In this document: positions 41,650 to 50,730 of the stretch, piece after piece
Numbering within the stretch: the first letter of the stretch is position 1
Layout of the letters: each line of letters starts with the position of its first letter
Source of the DNA: an uncultured Actinomycetota bacterium
Lineage (GTDB): Bacteria; Actinomycetota; Actinomycetes; JAFAQI01
Length of the DNA: 64,000 nt
Assembly (NCBI GenBank): GCA_963770565.1
Contig: CAVYQE010000001.1
Coordinates: forward strand, 608,001 to 672,000
Direction of reading: 5' to 3'
Notes under the pieces: model-generated
Databases searched by the model: none
What the model was told of the DNA's origin: nothing
The model's input: only the letters and a program-made list of their open reading frames with translations
Translations under genes and position numbers: made by a program

Positions 41650-42210
41650 ATGACAACGCTCGCCGATCGACCGAACACCGCGCTTCTCATCGTCGATGTG
41701 CAGAACGGCGCGGTGGGCAATGCCCACGAGCGGGACAAGGTGGTCGCCAACATCGCGACGCTGGTGGACTCGGCCCGCGCGGCCGACGTCGATGTGGTCT
41801 GGGTCCAGCACAACGATGACGACATGCCGCGCGACAGCGAGAAGTGGCAGTACGTGCCTGAGCTCGTGCGCGACGAGTCCGAGGCGTTGGTGCACAAGTC
41901 CTACGGCGACTCGTTCGAGGACACCGACCTCGAGTCCGTGCTGGCGACTCGTAAGGTCGGCCGGCTGGTCGTCGCCGGCGCGCAGACCGACGCCTGCATC
42001 CTCGCGACCCTGCACGGCGCGATGGTGCGCGGCTACGACACGACGCTGGTCGGCGATGCGCACACCACCGAGGACTTCACGGAGTACGGCGCCCCCTCAC
42101 CCGACAAGGTGATCGCCCACACCAACATGTACTGGCACTACCACTCCGCTCCCGGCCGGGCCGGTGGCACCGTCGACACCGCCGACGTCGACTTCGCCGC
42201 GAGCGGTTGA
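41650..42210 (+). CDS. isochorismatase-like cysteine hydrolase
   Basis: ALLIVDVQNG, K.Y.DSF, AGAQTDACI and DAHTT motifs; GGAGG RBS. Confidence 0.9.
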   Translation: MTTLADRPNTALLIVDVQNGAVGNAHERDKVVANIATLVDSARAADVDVVWVQHNDDDMPRDSEKWQYVPELVRDESEALVHKSYGDSFEDTDLESVLATRKVGRLVVAGAQTDACILATLHGAMVRGYDTTLVGDAHTTEDFTEYGAPSPDKVIAHTNMYWHYHSAPGRAGGTVDTADVDFAASG

Positions 42211-43926
42211 TCAGGCGTCGAGGAGCGAGATCGGGATCTCCATGTAGCGGGCCCGCAGCCATTCGCCGAGACCTTTCGCCTGCGGGTCCTGCCGGGTCGA
42301 GGAGGCGACCCCCTCGCCGAGCAGGCCGGGCACGACGAAGTTGAGGGCGCGCAGGTTCGGCAACTCGTAGCGCACCACGTCGAGGGCGGCGGTCTCCGGC
42401 AATAGGTACTTGAAGCACTCGACGTCGAACTCGTGCTCGAGCCAGTGATACGCGGCGTCGGTCGCCACCCACAAGCCCACGTTGGCGTCGCCGCCCTTGT
42501 CGCCGCTGCGCGCTCCGACGATCGATCCGAGTGGCACCCGCCAGATCGGTCCCCAGTCCTCGGGCGGCTCGGGGATCGAGCGCCGCGCAGCCGGGCGAGC
42601 CCCTTCGCCTGGCGCGGTCTCGATCTCGATGACCGTGCCGTCCTCGGTCACGACCCGGTGCTCGACGAGCGAGTTCGGCAGGTAGACGGCCTGGTAGACG
42701 CCGTATGGGGTGGCGTCGCCGGGCGGCGCGGTCATCGTCGCCCCGGGGTAGCTGGCCAGGGCGATCTCGACCGCAGCACCGGAGAAGGCGCGGCCGATCC
42801 GGGTCGTGTCGCTGTCCTTGACCGACACAGTCAGCCGGGCGACCGCCTGCTCGTTGGCGTCGGCGTCGTCACGATCGGTGCGGGCCAGCGACCACTCGAC
42901 CGATCCGACACCGTCGAGGCCGGGCTCGAGCTGCCGCCTGACCAGCTCGGCCTTCGCGTCGATGTCGAGCCCGGTGAGCAGGAAGGTCATCGAGTTGCGG
43001 AACCCGCCTACCGTGTTCACCGCAACCTTGGCCTGGTCCGGCGGGGCAGTACCGACCACACCGTGGATCTGGACCCGGTCATCGCCGAGGTCGGTGAGCT
43101 CGATCGTGCCGAAGTCGGCCGACACGTCGGGGTTCAGGTAGACCGGCGGCCCGATCTCGTAGAGCAACTGCGCGGTAACGGTGCCGACATCGACGAGTCC
43201 GCCGGCGCCGGCGTGCTTGCTGATGATCGCGGAGCCGTCGGCGTCGATCTCGGCGATCGGGAAGCCGACATGTTCGATGCCGGGTACGTCGGTGAAGAAC
43301 GAGTAGTTGCCGCCGGTCGCCTGCGCGCCGCATTCGAGCACGTGCCCGGCGACCAGCGCGCCGGCCAGCGCGTCGTACTCGTCCCGGGCCCAGCCGTGCC
43401 ACCACGCCGCCGGGCCGATCACGAGCGCCGCGTCGGTGACCCGGCCGGTCACGACGACCTGCGCACCGCTGTCGAGTGCGGCGGCGATGCCCCACCCGCC
43501 GAGGTAGGCGTTCGCGGTAATCGCAGTCTCCGGCAGTTCGACGCCTCCGGCCGCGAGCGCCTCGCGCCGGGGCAGCAGGTCGTCACCCTCGACGTGCGCG
43601 ACATTGACCCTCAGGCCGAGCTTGCCGGCGATCTCGCGCACCGCGGTCGCGCAGCCGGCCGGGTTCAGTCCGCCCGCGTTCGCGACGATCCGCACGCCCT
43701 GCTCCCAGGCCAGCCCCAGACAGTCCTCGAGCTGGCGGACGAACGTCGTCGCGTAGCCGCGGCTGGGGTCCTTGGCCGCCGAGCGCCACAGCAGCAGCAT
43801 CGTCAGCTCGGCCAGGTAGTCGCCGGTGAGCACGTCGAGCTCGCCGCCTTCGAGCATCTCGCGCATCGCGGCGAACCGGTCGCCGTAGAAGCCGGAGCAG
43901 TTGCCGATCCGGATGGGCCTGGCCAT
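42211..43926 (-). CDS. acyclic terpene utilization AtuA family protein (two-domain)
   Basis: IRIGNCSGFYGDR, GDYLAELTM, GHVLECG and C-terminal ARSGDKGG..N.G..DPQAKG motifs. Confidence 0.92.
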   Translation of the reverse strand: MARPIRIGNCSGFYGDRFAAMREMLEGGELDVLTGDYLAELTMLLLWRSAAKDPSRGYATTFVRQLEDCLGLAWEQGVRIVANAGGLNPAGCATAVREIAGKLGLRVNVAHVEGDDLLPRREALAAGGVELPETAITANAYLGGWGIAAALDSGAQVVVTGRVTDAALVIGPAAWWHGWARDEYDALAGALVAGHVLECGAQATGGNYSFFTDVPGIEHVGFPIAEIDADGSAIISKHAGAGGLVDVGTVTAQLLYEIGPPVYLNPDVSADFGTIELTDLGDDRVQIHGVVGTAPPDQAKVAVNTVGGFRNSMTFLLTGLDIDAKAELVRRQLEPGLDGVGSVEWSLARTDRDDADANEQAVARLTVSVKDSDTTRIGRAFSGAAVEIALASYPGATMTAPPGDATPYGVYQAVYLPNSLVEHRVVTEDGTVIEIETAPGEGARPAARRSIPEPPEDWGPIWRVPLGSIVGARSGDKGGDANVGLWVATDAAYHWLEHEFDVECFKYLLPETAALDVVRYELPNLRALNFVVPGLLGEGVASSTRQDPQAKGLGEWLRARYMEIPISLLDA

Positions 43927-43983
43927 GACCGCGACGCTACCGCGCGGCCGTCGGCGGCTCCGTCACCGCAATAGAGTCCTGCC

Positions 43984-44469
43984 GTGGCTGCGATTCCGGT
44001 GACGATCGGCGGGCTCAGCGGCGAGGCTGAGTCGCCGGCGCCGGTGCAGTTCCGGCTCGACTGGGGGCGCGGATACACGCTCTGGTTGTTCGACGTCGGG
44101 TTGGCATGCTGCGCGGTGGAGTTCGCGGCGGCGACGATGAGCCATCCTGATGTTCTCCCACCGGCGACCGAGTCGGAGCCGGCCGAGCCGCGGCGTGCGG
44201 AGCTGATGGTCGTGTCCGGGACCGTGACCGACAAGATGGCTCCCGCGATCAGCCGGGTCTACGACCGGCTGCCCGATCCGAAGTACGTCATCTCGTTCGG
44301 CTCCTGCTCGAACTGCGGTGGCCCCTACTGGGACTCCTACTGCGTGACGAAGGGCGTCGACCAGCTCGTCCCGGTGGACGTCTACGTCCCGGGCTGCCCG
44401 CCGCGGCCGGAGGCGCTCCTGGCCGGCATCCGGGCGCTCGAGGAGCGCATCACGGCGGGTGATGCATGA
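43984..44469 (+). CDS. nuoB: NuoB paralog (divergent, nuoB2-type)
   Basis: [22 protein letters not shown] and [10 protein letters not shown]; all N2 ligands present. TAGAGT -10 hexamer 6 nt upstream. Confidence 0.9.
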   Translation: MAAIPVTIGGLSGEAESPAPVQFRLDWGRGYTLWLFDVGLACCAVEFAAATMSHPDVLPPATESEPAEPRRAELMVVSGTVTDKMAPAISRVYDRLPDPKYVISFGSCSNCGGPYWDSYCVTKGVDQLVPVDVYVPGCPPRPEALLAGIRALEERITAGDA

Positions 44470-45041
44470 GCGGTGCCGACCTGCTGGCGGTCGCGGGCGA
44501 AGGCGCGCAACTCGACGACGCGTTCGGGTGCACGACCGTCGACATCGCGCCCGCGCGCTGGGTCGAGGTGGCGCAACTGCTTCGGGACGACCCGCGCACG
44601 GCCTTCGGGTTCTTCGACTGGCTCTCGGCGTACGACGACCTCGACGCGGGGCTCGCGGTGGTCGTGCGGCTGTGGTCCGTGGCACACCGGCAGGCGGTGG
44701 TCGTGCGGACGCACGTGGCGCGGGACGGCGGGCGGCTGCCGACCCTGACCGGGGTCTGGGCCGGGGCCGACTGGCACGAGCGGGAGACCTTCGAGATGTT
44801 CGGCATCGACTTCGTGGGGCACCCCAACCTCGTGCCGCTGCTGCTGCCGAACGGCTTCGAGGGCAACCCGCTGCGCAAGGAGTTCGTGCTCGCGTCCCGG
44901 GTGGCGAAGGCCTGGCCGGGCGCGAAGGAGCCCGGCGAGTCCGACCGTGACCTGGCCGACGGCGGAGCGGCCGCGCGCGGCCGGCGTCGGGCCCGGCCAC
45001 CCGGAGTACCGGAGCCCGGCGCGTGGGGACCGCAGTCGTGA
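44466..45041 (+). CDS. nuoC: NuoC paralog (nuoC2-type)
   Basis: [18 protein letters not shown] and [24 protein letters not shown] motifs; ATGA overlap with nuoB2. Confidence 0.9.
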   Translation: MSGADLLAVAGEGAQLDDAFGCTTVDIAPARWVEVAQLLRDDPRTAFGFFDWLSAYDDLDAGLAVVVRLWSVAHRQAVVVRTHVARDGGRLPTLTGVWAGADWHERETFEMFGIDFVGHPNLVPLLLPNGFEGNPLRKEFVLASRVAKAWPGAKEPGESDRDLADGGAAARGRRRARPPGVPEPGAWGPQS

Positions 45042-45457
45042 CCGGGCCCGAGGTGATCCAGCCCGACCTGCCGCCCCGCAGCCGCGGCGTCATCGCCTTG
45101 CTCGAGGACAACTGCACATCGTGCATGCTCTGCGCGCGCGAGTGCCCTGACTGGTGCATCTACATCGACTCGCACGCCGAGACCGTCCCGGCGCCGACGG
45201 CCGGCGGCCGCGATCGCGTGCGGCACGTGCTCGACCGGTTCGCGATCGACTACGCGCTGTGTATGTACTGCGGGATCTGCATCGAAGCCTGCCCGTTCGA
45301 CGCGCTGTTCTGGTCGCCGGAGTACTCCTACGCCGAGGCTGACGTGCTCGACCTCACCCAGGAGCGGGCGACGCTCGCGGCCTGGATGCCGACCGTCCCG
45401 GCGCCGGCCGACGAAGGCCCGCCCGCGCCGGCGAGTCGCCGCGCTCCGGCGCGCTGA
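45038..45457 (+). CDS. nuoI: NuoI-like 2x[4Fe-4S] protein lacking the N-terminal helix (nuoI2-type)
   Basis: [21 protein letters not shown] and [12 protein letters not shown] motifs; GTGA overlap with nuoC2. Confidence 0.88.
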   Translation: MTGPEVIQPDLPPRSRGVIALLEDNCTSCMLCARECPDWCIYIDSHAETVPAPTAGGRDRVRHVLDRFAIDYALCMYCGICIEACPFDALFWSPEYSYAEADVLDLTQERATLAAWMPTVPAPADEGPPAPASRRAPAR

Positions 45458-45488
45458 CCGGGCGAGCGGGCCGGCGCGTCATACCGTC

Positions 45489-46469
45489 GTGGCTGTGATT
45501 CGCACCCGGCTGTACAGCGGCGGCAGCTGCGTCGACGAGAACTTCGATCCGGCCCGGATCTCCGACCACCTCGAGAAGAAGGACTGCGTGGTCTGGCTTG
45601 ATCTGGACACGCCCGACGACGACGATCTCGCGCTGCTTGCCGAGGAGTTCGGACTCAACCCGCTCGCCGTCGAGGACGCGAAGACCGAGCGGCAGCGGCC
45701 AAAGGTCGACCACTACGACGACCACGTGTTCATCTCGCTGTACGACGTTGCGCTCGCCGGCCAGATGGGCGAGCTCAGTGCGCACGAGCTGGCCATCTTT
45801 GCCGCGCCGCGCTACCTGATCACGGTCCGCAAGACGCCGGGCTACTCGATGGACCCGATCGTGGCCCGCTGGGACGACAACAAGAATCTCGCTAAGTACG
45901 GCGTCGGATACCTGCTGTGGGGACTGCTCGACGTCATCGTCGACGGCCACTTCGAGACCGTCCAGGCCCTCGACGAGAAGGTCGATGCCCTCGAAGACCT
46001 GTTGTTCGACGAGTCCGACACCGGCAACCAGGTCCAGCGGCTGTCGTTCGAGCTGCGCAAGTCGCTGGTGCGGATCCGGCGGGTGGTGCTGCCGACCCGC
46101 GAGGTGCTGAATGCGTTGATGCGGCGCGAGAGCGGTCTCGTCGACGACGCCCTCATGCCGTACTACCAGGACGTCTACGACCACGTCCTGCGCGCGGCCG
46201 ACTGGACCGATTCCCTGCGCGACCTGGTCTCGACCATCCTGGAGACCAACCTGACCATCCAGGGCAACCGGATGAACCTGATCATGAAGCAGGTCACGTC
46301 GTGGGCGGCGATCATCGCCGTACCGGCGGTCATCACCGGCTACTACGGCATGAACGTGCTGACCTATCCGCACGCCGGCACGAACGCCGGTGGTTACGCC
46401 GCGATCGCCATCAGCGTCGGCGTGGTGGCGGGCCTGTGGATGATGTTCCGGCGCCGGAACTGGCTGTAA
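45489..46469 (+). CDS. corA: CorA family Mg2+/Co2+ transporter
   Basis: LAVED..QRPK, YYQDVYDH and YGMN signature with two C-terminal TM segments. Confidence 0.93.
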   Translation: MAVIRTRLYSGGSCVDENFDPARISDHLEKKDCVVWLDLDTPDDDDLALLAEEFGLNPLAVEDAKTERQRPKVDHYDDHVFISLYDVALAGQMGELSAHELAIFAAPRYLITVRKTPGYSMDPIVARWDDNKNLAKYGVGYLLWGLLDVIVDGHFETVQALDEKVDALEDLLFDESDTGNQVQRLSFELRKSLVRIRRVVLPTREVLNALMRRESGLVDDALMPYYQDVYDHVLRAADWTDSLRDLVSTILETNLTIQGNRMNLIMKQVTSWAAIIAVPAVITGYYGMNVLTYPHAGTNAGGYAAIAISVGVVAGLWMMFRRRNWL

Positions 46470-46476
46470 GAGGCTC

Positions 46477-46971
46477 CTAGCGGTAGTTCTCGAACTGCAG
46501 CGGGATGCCGAGGTCGGACTCGCGCAGCATCCCGATCACCGCTTGGAGGTCGTCGCGCTTCTTGCTCGACACCCGTACGGCGTCGCCCTGCACCGCGACG
46601 TGCACGCCTTTGGGCCCCTCGGTCTTGATCTTCTTCACGATGGTCCGGGCCTTGTCCGCGTCGATGCCCTGCCGGATCCCGACCGCGAGCCGCGAGGTGT
46701 TGCCACCGGCGGGCTGAGGGTCGCCATGATCGAGGGCTTTGAGCGAGACCTGGCGCTTGACCAGGCGCTCCTTGAACACCTCGAGCACGGCTTTGACCCG
46801 GTCGTCGCTGTTGGCGGTGATCACGACCCCGTCATCGCCGCTCCAGGTGATCGAGGCGCCGGTGCCCTTGAAGTCGAAGCGTTGCCCGACCTCCTTGGCC
46901 GCCTGGTTCAGGGCGTTGTCGACCTCCTGGTGATCGACCTTGCTCACCACGTCGAACGACGCATCCGCCAT
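46477..46971 (-). CDS. yajQ: YajQ family nucleotide/c-di-GMP-binding protein
   Basis: [32 protein letters not shown] and QFENYR motifs. Confidence 0.96.
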   Translation of the reverse strand: MADASFDVVSKVDHQEVDNALNQAAKEVGQRFDFKGTGASITWSGDDGVVITANSDDRVKAVLEVFKERLVKRQVSLKALDHGDPQPAGGNTSRLAVGIRQGIDADKARTIVKKIKTEGPKGVHVAVQGDAVRVSSKKRDDLQAVIGMLRESDLGIPLQFENYR

Positions 46972-47029
46972 GACGACCTCCTTGATGGACCGCTATTCTG
47001 ACCGTCGCGCACACCTCGGTGTGAGGCAA

Positions 47030-47111
47030 GGCGGTTTGCCCGAGTGGTCAAAGGGAGCAGACTGTAAATCTGCCGGCTCAGCCTACGATGGTTCGAACCC
47101 ATCAGCCGCCA
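47030..47111 (+). tRNA. tRNA-Tyr(GTA)
   Basis: GGCGGTT/AGCCGCC acceptor stem, GCAGA-CTGTAAA-TCTGC anticodon arm, long variable arm and GTTCGAA. CCA is not encoded. Confidence 0.96.
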
Positions 47112-47116
47112 CTGAT

Positions 47117-47142
47117 GGCCGGCCCGGATCATCGGGCCGGCC
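47117..47142 (+). terminator. GC-rich hairpin after tRNA-Tyr
   Basis: GGCCGGCCCG-GATCAT-CGGGCCGGCC perfect 10-bp stem; no U-tract. Confidence 0.5.
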
Positions 47143-47196
47143 CGGCGGGGCTCTAGTTTCACGTTGGTGTCGGCCCGTTATAGCCTCGTCGCGCCC

Positions 47197-47272
47197 GCCC
47201 CCTTAGCTCAGTCGGCAGAGCGTCTCCATGGTAAGGAGAAGGTCTACGGTTCGATTCCGTAAGGGGGCTCCA
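47197..47272 (+). tRNA. tRNA-Thr(GGT)
   Basis: GCCCCCT/AGGGGGC acceptor stem, TCTCC-ATGGTAA-GGAGA anticodon arm, encoded CCA. Confidence 0.96.
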
Positions 47273-47273
47273 C

Positions 47274-48056
47274 TCAACTCCGGTCGAGGACCCGCCGCGG
47301 GTGGTGACCGTCGACATAGCCCACGAACGGCGGGTGGATGCCGTAGCCGAGCAGCTCCTGCAACCGCGGCTCTAGGGTGCGGACGATGTCCGGCGGTACG
47401 GCGAGCAGGTGGTTCTCCTGTTGGCGGAGCCAGCCGGCGGCGTACTCCAGCAGGACACCGAGCCGGCTCCGATCGGTGCGGTTGGCACCGCCGCCGTGCC
47501 AGAGCGAGCCGATGATGAACAGCACCGAGCCGGCCGGCATCGTGATCGTCACCGTGTCGTCCGGATCGACCGGCACCCGGTCGGTCCAGCGGTGGCTGCC
47601 CGGTACCACCCGGGTGGCGCCGTTCTCGGCGGTGAAGTCGTCGAACGCCCACATCGAGTTGAGCACCACCTCGCCGTGCGGGCGCGGCAGCGGGTAGATC
47701 GCGTCGTCGGTGTGCAGGAACTGCGCCTTCTCGCCGGGTGCGATCTCGATCCCGGTCGGCGCGCTCAACTGGTAGCTCGGGCCCAGCGTGGCGTCGAGCA
47801 CCGAGAGCAGCAGCGGATGGACCGCAAGGTCGTCGAACACCCGGGTCTTGGCGAAGATCGCATAGATCCGCCGGGTCTGATACCCCTCGAAGTCGTTGCG
47901 GCCGGTCGGGGTGTCGTCGAGGATCTCGCGCAGACCGGCCCGGATCGCCGCAGCCCGCTCCGGGCTGAGCAGCGACTCGACCACCGAGTAGCCATCCCGG
48001 GCCAGGTCTGCCAGCACCCGCTCGGTCAGGTCCTGATCGGTACCCACCGCCGTCAT
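47274..48056 (-). CDS. phytanoyl-CoA dioxygenase (PhyH) family 2OG-Fe(II) oxygenase
   Basis: QFLHTD (HxD), ENGATRVVPGSH and WHGGGAN..R motifs; TACGAT -10 hexamer 6 nt before ATG 48056. Confidence 0.9.
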   Translation of the reverse strand: MTAVGTDQDLTERVLADLARDGYSVVESLLSPERAAAIRAGLREILDDTPTGRNDFEGYQTRRIYAIFAKTRVFDDLAVHPLLLSVLDATLGPSYQLSAPTGIEIAPGEKAQFLHTDDAIYPLPRPHGEVVLNSMWAFDDFTAENGATRVVPGSHRWTDRVPVDPDDTVTITMPAGSVLFIIGSLWHGGGANRTDRSRLGVLLEYAAGWLRQQENHLLAVPPDIVRTLEPRLQELLGYGIHPPFVGYVDGHHPRRVLDRS

Positions 48057-48153
48057 GCCCGGATCGTACGACGAGGTGGCCAGGGCATCGCTCGACGGCA
48101 TCAGGTGGATTCGGCATGGAACCTTCTCGCGACCCAGGTGCTCTCATAAGGGT

Positions 48154-48672
48154 GTGGCCGCGGCCGACAGCGAGTTTGAGGCTTTCGTGGCGAGCCGCTA
48201 CGCCAGCCTTGTGCGGGCCGCAAGCCTGGTCGCGCTCGATGACATCGCCGCCGAGGATCTCGTTCAGTCCGCACTGATCCGGACCTATCTGCACTGGCCG
48301 CTCCTGCGCAGCCCGGCGGCCGCTGAGTCATACACCCAGACCACCTTCGTCCGGCTGGCACTGCGGGCGCGGCGGCGGCGATGGCGCGGGGAACGCCCGA
48401 CCGCCGAGGTGCCCGACCGCGCTGCCCCGGATGCTTACGCCGCGCGGGACGACGCCGATGCACTGCGGCGAGCGCTCGGCGAGATCTCGCCCGAGCAACG
48501 TGCCGTGCTGGTCCTGCGCTACTACCTGCAGATGACCGAGGCCGAGATCGCCTCGGCCTTGCGCTGCTCGGTCGGCACCGTCAAGAGCCGCGCGAGCCGC
48601 GCGCTGGCGGCGCTTCGCGCGAGCGGCCTGCTGTCCGATCCGGTCGCCAGTTTGGAGGGATCTGATGAGTGA
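48154..48672 (+). CDS. ECF sigma factor, actinobacterial SigE family
   Basis: FEAFV, AEDLVQSAL..Y..W, QRAVLVLRYY and GTVKSRASRAL motifs. Confidence 0.92.
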   Translation: MAAADSEFEAFVASRYASLVRAASLVALDDIAAEDLVQSALIRTYLHWPLLRSPAAAESYTQTTFVRLALRARRRRWRGERPTAEVPDRAAPDAYAARDDADALRRALGEISPEQRAVLVLRYYLQMTEAEIASALRCSVGTVKSRASRALAALRASGLLSDPVASLEGSDE

Positions 48673-49957
48673 CCTCGACCATGAGGTCTTCGCGCTGCTC
48701 GATCGTGCGGCGGCTCGGCCCGTTGCCGACCCGCCGATCGATCGGGTCGTCGCCGGCGGTCGCCGATTGCGCCGCCGGCGCGGCGCTCAGGCCCTTGTCG
48801 GTGTCGGGATCGTGGCGGCGGCCGTGATCGCGGGTGCCGCGCTCGCCGGTCGCGCTCCGGCCGCCCGGACATCGGCCCCGGTCACCGCTCAGCCATTGGG
48901 TGGGCCTTCGGCCCAGCGGCTCGCGCACGGTCATTGGGTGTCGGTGCCGGCCGCCCCAGTCGAGCTGTGCAACCCGATGGCGGTGTGGGACGGCAGCGCT
49001 CTCGTCGTTTTCGAGGGTCCCTTCAACAAGTGTGCCCCCGTCGCAGCGGCCTACGACCCACGGTCGAACACCTGGGCAACGCTTGCGCCACCACCGTCGA
49101 CGGTCGGGGTCGAACCGGCCGCTGCTTGGGGCGGCGGACGGCTGGTCCTGATCTCGAACAAGACCGGTGCCGCCTTCGCCTGGACCCCGCGGAGTGACCA
49201 CTGGCAGCCGATCGCCGACCTTCCTGCAACCGGAGTCAGCTCGCTGACCTGGACCGGGTCGACTTTCGTCGCGATCACCGCCAACCAGACGACGACCGCG
49301 CACGCTTACCGCCTCGGTGCCGCTGGTTGGCAGTCGCTCCCCGACCTGCCACCACCGACCACAGGCGTGATCTCGTGGGCGGACGGCATGGTCGACGATG
49401 GTGCGTTCTATGCCTATGCGCTCGTCAACATCCATCACCGGAATCCCAACGACAGTTACGTCAGCGGGCACGTCGCGCTCTGGCGCCTGTCCGCAGGTCG
49501 ATGGGTCGCGGTGCACCTGTCGGCGGGTGCTCCGAAATCGGACGTGATCCTGACCGGCGTCGCTGGCGGGACGATCGCCGCTGGCTCCGCTTGTCCGGGG
49601 TTGTGCACGCTCGAGGACGCGGAGCTGTCGTTACTGCGCCCGGGTCATGACCCGTCGGTGATCCGCCTTCGCCCACCCCGGCCCTCCTCGCGGGTCCCGT
49701 ATCCGTACGACATTGCCGCTGGCGCCCAAGCGGTGGTGCTCACGTATCCGGACGGCGTCGACTCGATCGGATACATCGCGCTCCCCGGCAGTGGGCCGGC
49801 GCCCGGAACGACGGTGATTGACGACCTCGCTACGCAGACCTGGCTGGCTGGGCCGACGATCCCCGGTGCCGGCCGGGTTCACAGCGCCAGTTGGGGCACG
49901 TACTGGACGCCGTACGGCGTGCTCTCCAGCCGTTGGCTGTTGCGCCCCGCGCCATAG
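48665..49957 (+). CDS. single-pass membrane protein with Kelch/beta-propeller-like extracellular domain (putative anti-sigma)
   Basis: GRRLRRRR followed by a TM helix; repeated AVWDG/AAWGG/LTWTG and AYDP..NTW motifs; overlaps the sigma stop codon. Confidence 0.7.
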   Translation: MSDLDHEVFALLDRAAARPVADPPIDRVVAGGRRLRRRRGAQALVGVGIVAAAVIAGAALAGRAPAARTSAPVTAQPLGGPSAQRLAHGHWVSVPAAPVELCNPMAVWDGSALVVFEGPFNKCAPVAAAYDPRSNTWATLAPPPSTVGVEPAAAWGGGRLVLISNKTGAAFAWTPRSDHWQPIADLPATGVSSLTWTGSTFVAITANQTTTAHAYRLGAAGWQSLPDLPPPTTGVISWADGMVDDGAFYAYALVNIHHRNPNDSYVSGHVALWRLSAGRWVAVHLSAGAPKSDVILTGVAGGTIAAGSACPGLCTLEDAELSLLRPGHDPSVIRLRPPRPSSRVPYPYDIAAGAQAVVLTYPDGVDSIGYIALPGSGPAPGTTVIDDLATQTWLAGPTIPGAGRVHSASWGTYWTPYGVLSSRWLLRPAP

Positions 49958-50085
49958 GCACGCCGACTTGATCTTCGCGGTCGCGACCGGTCTGGCGGCG
50001 TGTCGGCCTGATTTCGGTGCAGAGGCGAAGATCGGCGGATGGGCGCTGTGGCACGATGGAGCGCGGTCCCCGTCGTGGACCAAGC

Positions 50086-50159
50086 GGCGGAGTAGCTCAG
50101 CCAGGCAGAGCAAGCGGCTCATAATCGCTGTGTCGCCGGTTCAAATCCGGCCTCCGCTA
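50086..50159 (+). tRNA. tRNA-Met(CAT), probably elongator
   Basis: GGCGGAG/CTCCGCT acceptor stem and AGCGG-CTCATAA-TCGCT arm. Lacks initiator features (no C1 mismatch, no GGG:CCC). Ile2 is not strictly excluded. Confidence 0.9.
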
Positions 50160-50244
50160 CTCCGGTGGCAGTGGGGCTATCCTGGCTGCTCGGCAGGCCG
50201 ATCCGGGCCGGCATCCCCCGCAAGGCAGCAGAAGGGTCAGCACC

Positions 50245-50409
50245 GTGGCAGCCACCGACGTCCGACCGAAGATCACGTTGGCGTGCGCCGAGTGCAAGCA
50301 CCGCAACTACATCACCAAGAAGAACCGGCGCAACGACCCCGACCGGCTGGAAATGAAGAAGTTCTGCCCTAACTGCCGCTGCCACACTATCCACCGCGAA
50401 ACCCGCTGA
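50245..50409 (+). CDS. rpmG: 50S ribosomal protein L33 (Zn-ribbon type)
   Basis: Manual translation: [54 protein letters not shown]. Absent from the ORF track because it is short. Confidence 0.97.
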   Translation: MAATDVRPKITLACAECKHRNYITKKNRRNDPDRLEMKKFCPNCRCHTIHRETR

Positions 50410-50596
50410 CTCGCGCGCTGGCTGCGTTCTCCCTCGCTTGCGGGCTTCAGCCCGCGGCGCTCAGTGCGGCCTTGCCAGCCCACGACCCACCGCGAAACGC
50501 GCTGACTCGCGCGCTGGCTGCGTTCTCCCTCGCTTGCGGGCTTCAGCCCGCGGCGCTCAGTGCGGCCTTGCCAGCCCACGACTCAGCGCGTTTCGC
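50391..50596. repeat. 96-bp tandem duplication including the rpmG 3' end, closed by an inverted copy
   Basis: 50391-50486 and 50487-50582 differ at one base. TCAGCGCGTTTCGC (50583-50596) is the reverse complement of 50492-50505. Confidence 0.93.
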
Positions 50597-50730
50597 TTCC
50601 GGGTGCTACCGGTCCGACAGTGGTGGTTCGGGCCGCATGGTTGTTGCTGGTCTTCCGTTTGTTGCTGGTCTTTTTGATCTTGGTTGAGGCTTTGTCGTTG
50701 GGTTGATGCGGTCGTTGGTACGTTGCTCTT

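Noticed and set aside
43984-45457. [NiFe]-hydrogenase (Ech-like) module or pseudogene cluster
   Set aside because: There is no large subunit or maturation gene, the tandem CC motif is complex-I type, and the frames, overlaps and Cys ligands are intact.
47250-50085. Integrative element with attL/attR at tRNA-Thr
   Set aside because: No duplicated tRNA 3' end and no integrase were found by eye.
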